Position numbers and translations under genes: made by a program
Shown: piece by piece, positions 63,438 to 64,000 of the stretch
Position numbering within the stretch: the stretch's first letter is position 1
Layout of the letters: every line of letters starts with the position of its first letter
Virus record (IMG/VR): IMGVR_UViG_3300028886_000004
Coordinates: 1-64,000 of that record
DNA from: a virus
Lineage: Duplodnaviria; Caudoviricetes
DNA length: 64,000 nt
Reading direction: 5' to 3' (one strand)
The notes under the pieces: generated by a model
Told to the model about the DNA's origin: nothing
Database searches by the model: none
What the model saw: the letters and a program-made list of their open reading frames with translations, nothing else

Positions 63438-64000
63438 ATGGTAACGGACTTACACCCAACTTCCGATCTTTATCGGGAAGATTATGAGAAATACAATGCC
63501 GCATTGGCGGCCGTCACCCCGGAAGTTTGGGCTCGCTGGGAAGCAAACAAGGAAGCATACTACAAGAAGTGCCAAAAGGTCATTGACTACGCCGTTTATT
63601 ATTATGGCTCGCGCTCTCCGATGGGCGCCGATGAAATTCGCGCACGCGCCAATTTGATTTTCTGCATTGCCTGCCTCCGCTGGGATCCGGAAGGCGATGC
63701 AGCGCTCCCCACCTACGTTGCCAAGCAGTTGATGCGTTTGAGCGGAACCGATATCCGCGTTGAATCCAAGCACAAAAATAATTTCTCCCAAGGCGCCTCC
63801 GCCGATGGCGAAGGCAAGGTTGATATCCTTACGCTTATCGGCAGGCCGGACGACCGCGACACTCTCCGCGAATATGTTGAAAAGGCTGGCAAAGATGCGG
63901 TCGCCCTCTATGACGCCTGCATCAGCGGCTGGTATGACCGCAAGTCCAACACCGGCGCCCGCCGCCCGATCACCCCGCGTGGTCTTTTCCTCGCCCGCGC
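63438..64000 (+). CDS. sigma70 region-2-like protein (phage sigma factor?), 3'-truncated
   Basis: ADEIRARANLIFCIACLRWDPEGDAALPTY resembles D.L.QE..IG...A..FDP..G..FSTY; frame open to window end. Confidence 0.5.
   Translation, partial: MVTDLHPTSDLYREDYEKYNAALAAVTPEVWARWEANKEAYYKKCQKVIDYAVYYYGSRSPMGADEIRARANLIFCIACLRWDPEGDAALPTYVAKQLMRLSGTDIRVESKHKNNFSQGASADGEGKVDILTLIGRPDDRDTLREYVEKAGKDAVALYDACISGWYDRKSNTGARRPITPRGLFLAR

Noticed and set aside
1-64000. Prophage, or a specific host assignment (TATATT boxes and CBM-like modules hint at a gut/rumen anaerobe such as Fibrobacter)
   Set aside because: No integrase, att site or host genes; host cannot be established without spacer or homology searches

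Overview
A 64-kb segment of a large lytic dsDNA tailed phage, probably a myovirus given its T4-like neck, gp25-like and baseplate-wedge genes. No host chromosomal genes, integrase, CRISPR array or rRNA were seen. Replication genes: family-A DNA polymerase (5'-truncated), PD-(D/E)xK exonuclease, SNF2/HARP helicase, DnaX-like clamp loader, DnaB-like helicase, probable sliding clamp, dCTP deaminase/dUTPase, a primase/Rep-like protein beside an iteron-rich putative origin, and a RuvC-like resolvase. Morphogenesis genes: terminase large subunit, neck, and baseplate/tail proteins with CBM5/12-like repeats. Modification genes: DpdA/TGT-like, QueD, a Stealth phosphotransferase and two glycosyltransferases. 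There is also a long array of small hypothetical genes, a tmRNA inside a cluster of unnamed structured RNAs, and a 3'-truncated sigma-like gene. The most striking feature is a family of otherwise unrelated proteins sharing an N-terminal M(G/A/H)IKLIKK..E leader and internal K/S-x-x-E junctions. This looks like a capsid-targeting, protease-processed polyprotein cargo system (inference). Also notable are many leaderless TATATT-N5-8-ATG genes and a five-copy GTGTCTTTTTCA-N11-TATATT promoter cassette. All product calls come from motif recognition by eye; no searches were run.
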